A DNA stretch of 64,000 nt from a virus (taxonomy: Duplodnaviria > Caudoviricetes), in the IMG/VR virus record IMGVR_UViG_2687453145_000002, positions 32,001 to 96,000 of that record; one strand, written 5' to 3'. Shown here piece after piece: positions 63,679 through 64,000 of this stretch; the stretch's first letter is position 1, and the number at the start of each line of letters is the position of its first letter. The notes under the pieces were generated by a model. It searched no databases. It was not told where the DNA came from and saw only the letters and a list, made by a program, of their open reading frames with translations. The position numbers and the translations under genes were made by a program.

Positions 63679-64000
63679 GGACCGCGCCAACAAGACCAGC
63701 GTGAGCGACGCCTTCAAGGTTGAGCAGGACTTCAACGTGGCGGCCCAGCAGTTCCAGGTGATGCAAGACTCGGTGAAGCTGATCCAAGACACCATGGGGG
63801 TTTATGCGGCCTTCTTGGGGCAGGGTTCAACCGGCCAGTCAGGGGTGGCCATCAGCAACCTGGTAGAGCAGGGCGCTACGACACTCTCCGAGATCAACGA
63901 CAACTACCGGATGGGCTGCCAGCAGGTGGGGCAACTGGCTTTGGCATACCTGCTGGAGGATATGGCCAACAAGCGCAACTACAAGGTGACTGTGAACCGC
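62489..64000 (+). CDS. Portal protein (copy B), runs off window
   Basis: Homologous to 3968..6094. Confidence 0.9.
   Translation, partial: MINAQPKAPEKGGLDTPRLLKLMSDINGQPDWRSLANRACAYYDNDQLPPEVVKVLKERGQPITIHNLIAPTIDGVLGMEAKSRTDLMVIADDHDDELEQLAEAVNAEYADMCRLGGLDRARGEAYGGQIKTGVGWVEVCRRDDPFGPRYKFSNVHRDEVYWDWHSREPDLSDCRWLMRRRWVDLDEAKTMFPSKAQALEWGVNDWAGVVSLSAVEGLDPNLVSAYDEWSQFSGKEVEWCSRERDRVLLQVVYYRTYTMRQVLMLDSGRALEYDKTNQLHLAALAMGRARLERRPVAVIRESWFVGPHHLVDRPCTAPHNMYPLVPFWGYRKDRTGEPYGLIARAMPAQDEVNLRRIKLTFLLQAKRVIMDKDATNMSRDQVLEQVERPDGYIELNPDRANKTSVSDAFKVEQDFNVAAQQFQVMQDSVKLIQDTMGVYAAFLGQGSTGQSGVAISNLVEQGATTLSEINDNYRMGCQQVGQLALAYLLEDMANKRNYKVTVNR

Larger units (their letters stand above)
35220..64000. 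mobile_element. Prophage copy B, integrase through early, lysis and packaging genes
   Basis: Lambdoid order int-xis-rec-cI-cro-O-dnaB-nin-Q-lysis-terS-terL-portal. Confidence 0.9.

Noticed and set aside
630-64000. Duplication as simple terminal redundancy of one phage contig
   Set aside because: Copies differ in lysis module, terS core, moron and distal portal, so they are two distinct alleles

Overview
The whole window is temperate-phage DNA (GC-rich gammaproteobacterial codon style, plausibly Aeromonas; host inferred). It reads as two related lambdoid podovirus-type prophage copies head-to-tail. Positions 1-~35.2 kb hold a late region: spanins, terS, moron, terL, portal, scaffold, N4-gp56-type capsid, tail genes, ejection proteins, a ~3600-aa polyvalent protein, a proteasome-beta-like moron and a P22 immI-like mnt/arc/ant cassette. 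An attP-like junction follows. Positions ~35.2-64 kb hold integrase/xis, the early-left recombination operon, immunity, O/DnaB replication, the nin region, Q, an accessory block (nrdA-like promoter, CaiF/GrlA-like gene, umuDC, theta), lysis genes and a second terS-terL-portal. The two terL/portal copies lie 58,521 bp apart and share an apparently identical ~2.5-kb block inside diverged flanks. Most notable: a DnaA/NrdR-box nrdA-type promoter with no nrd gene behind it, small genes nested in the +1 frame of the giant virion gene, a CI lacking autocleavage residues together with a LexA-boxed 40-aa ORF, and four matching late promoter+terminator units. All family calls are from motif recognition by eye; no searches were run.
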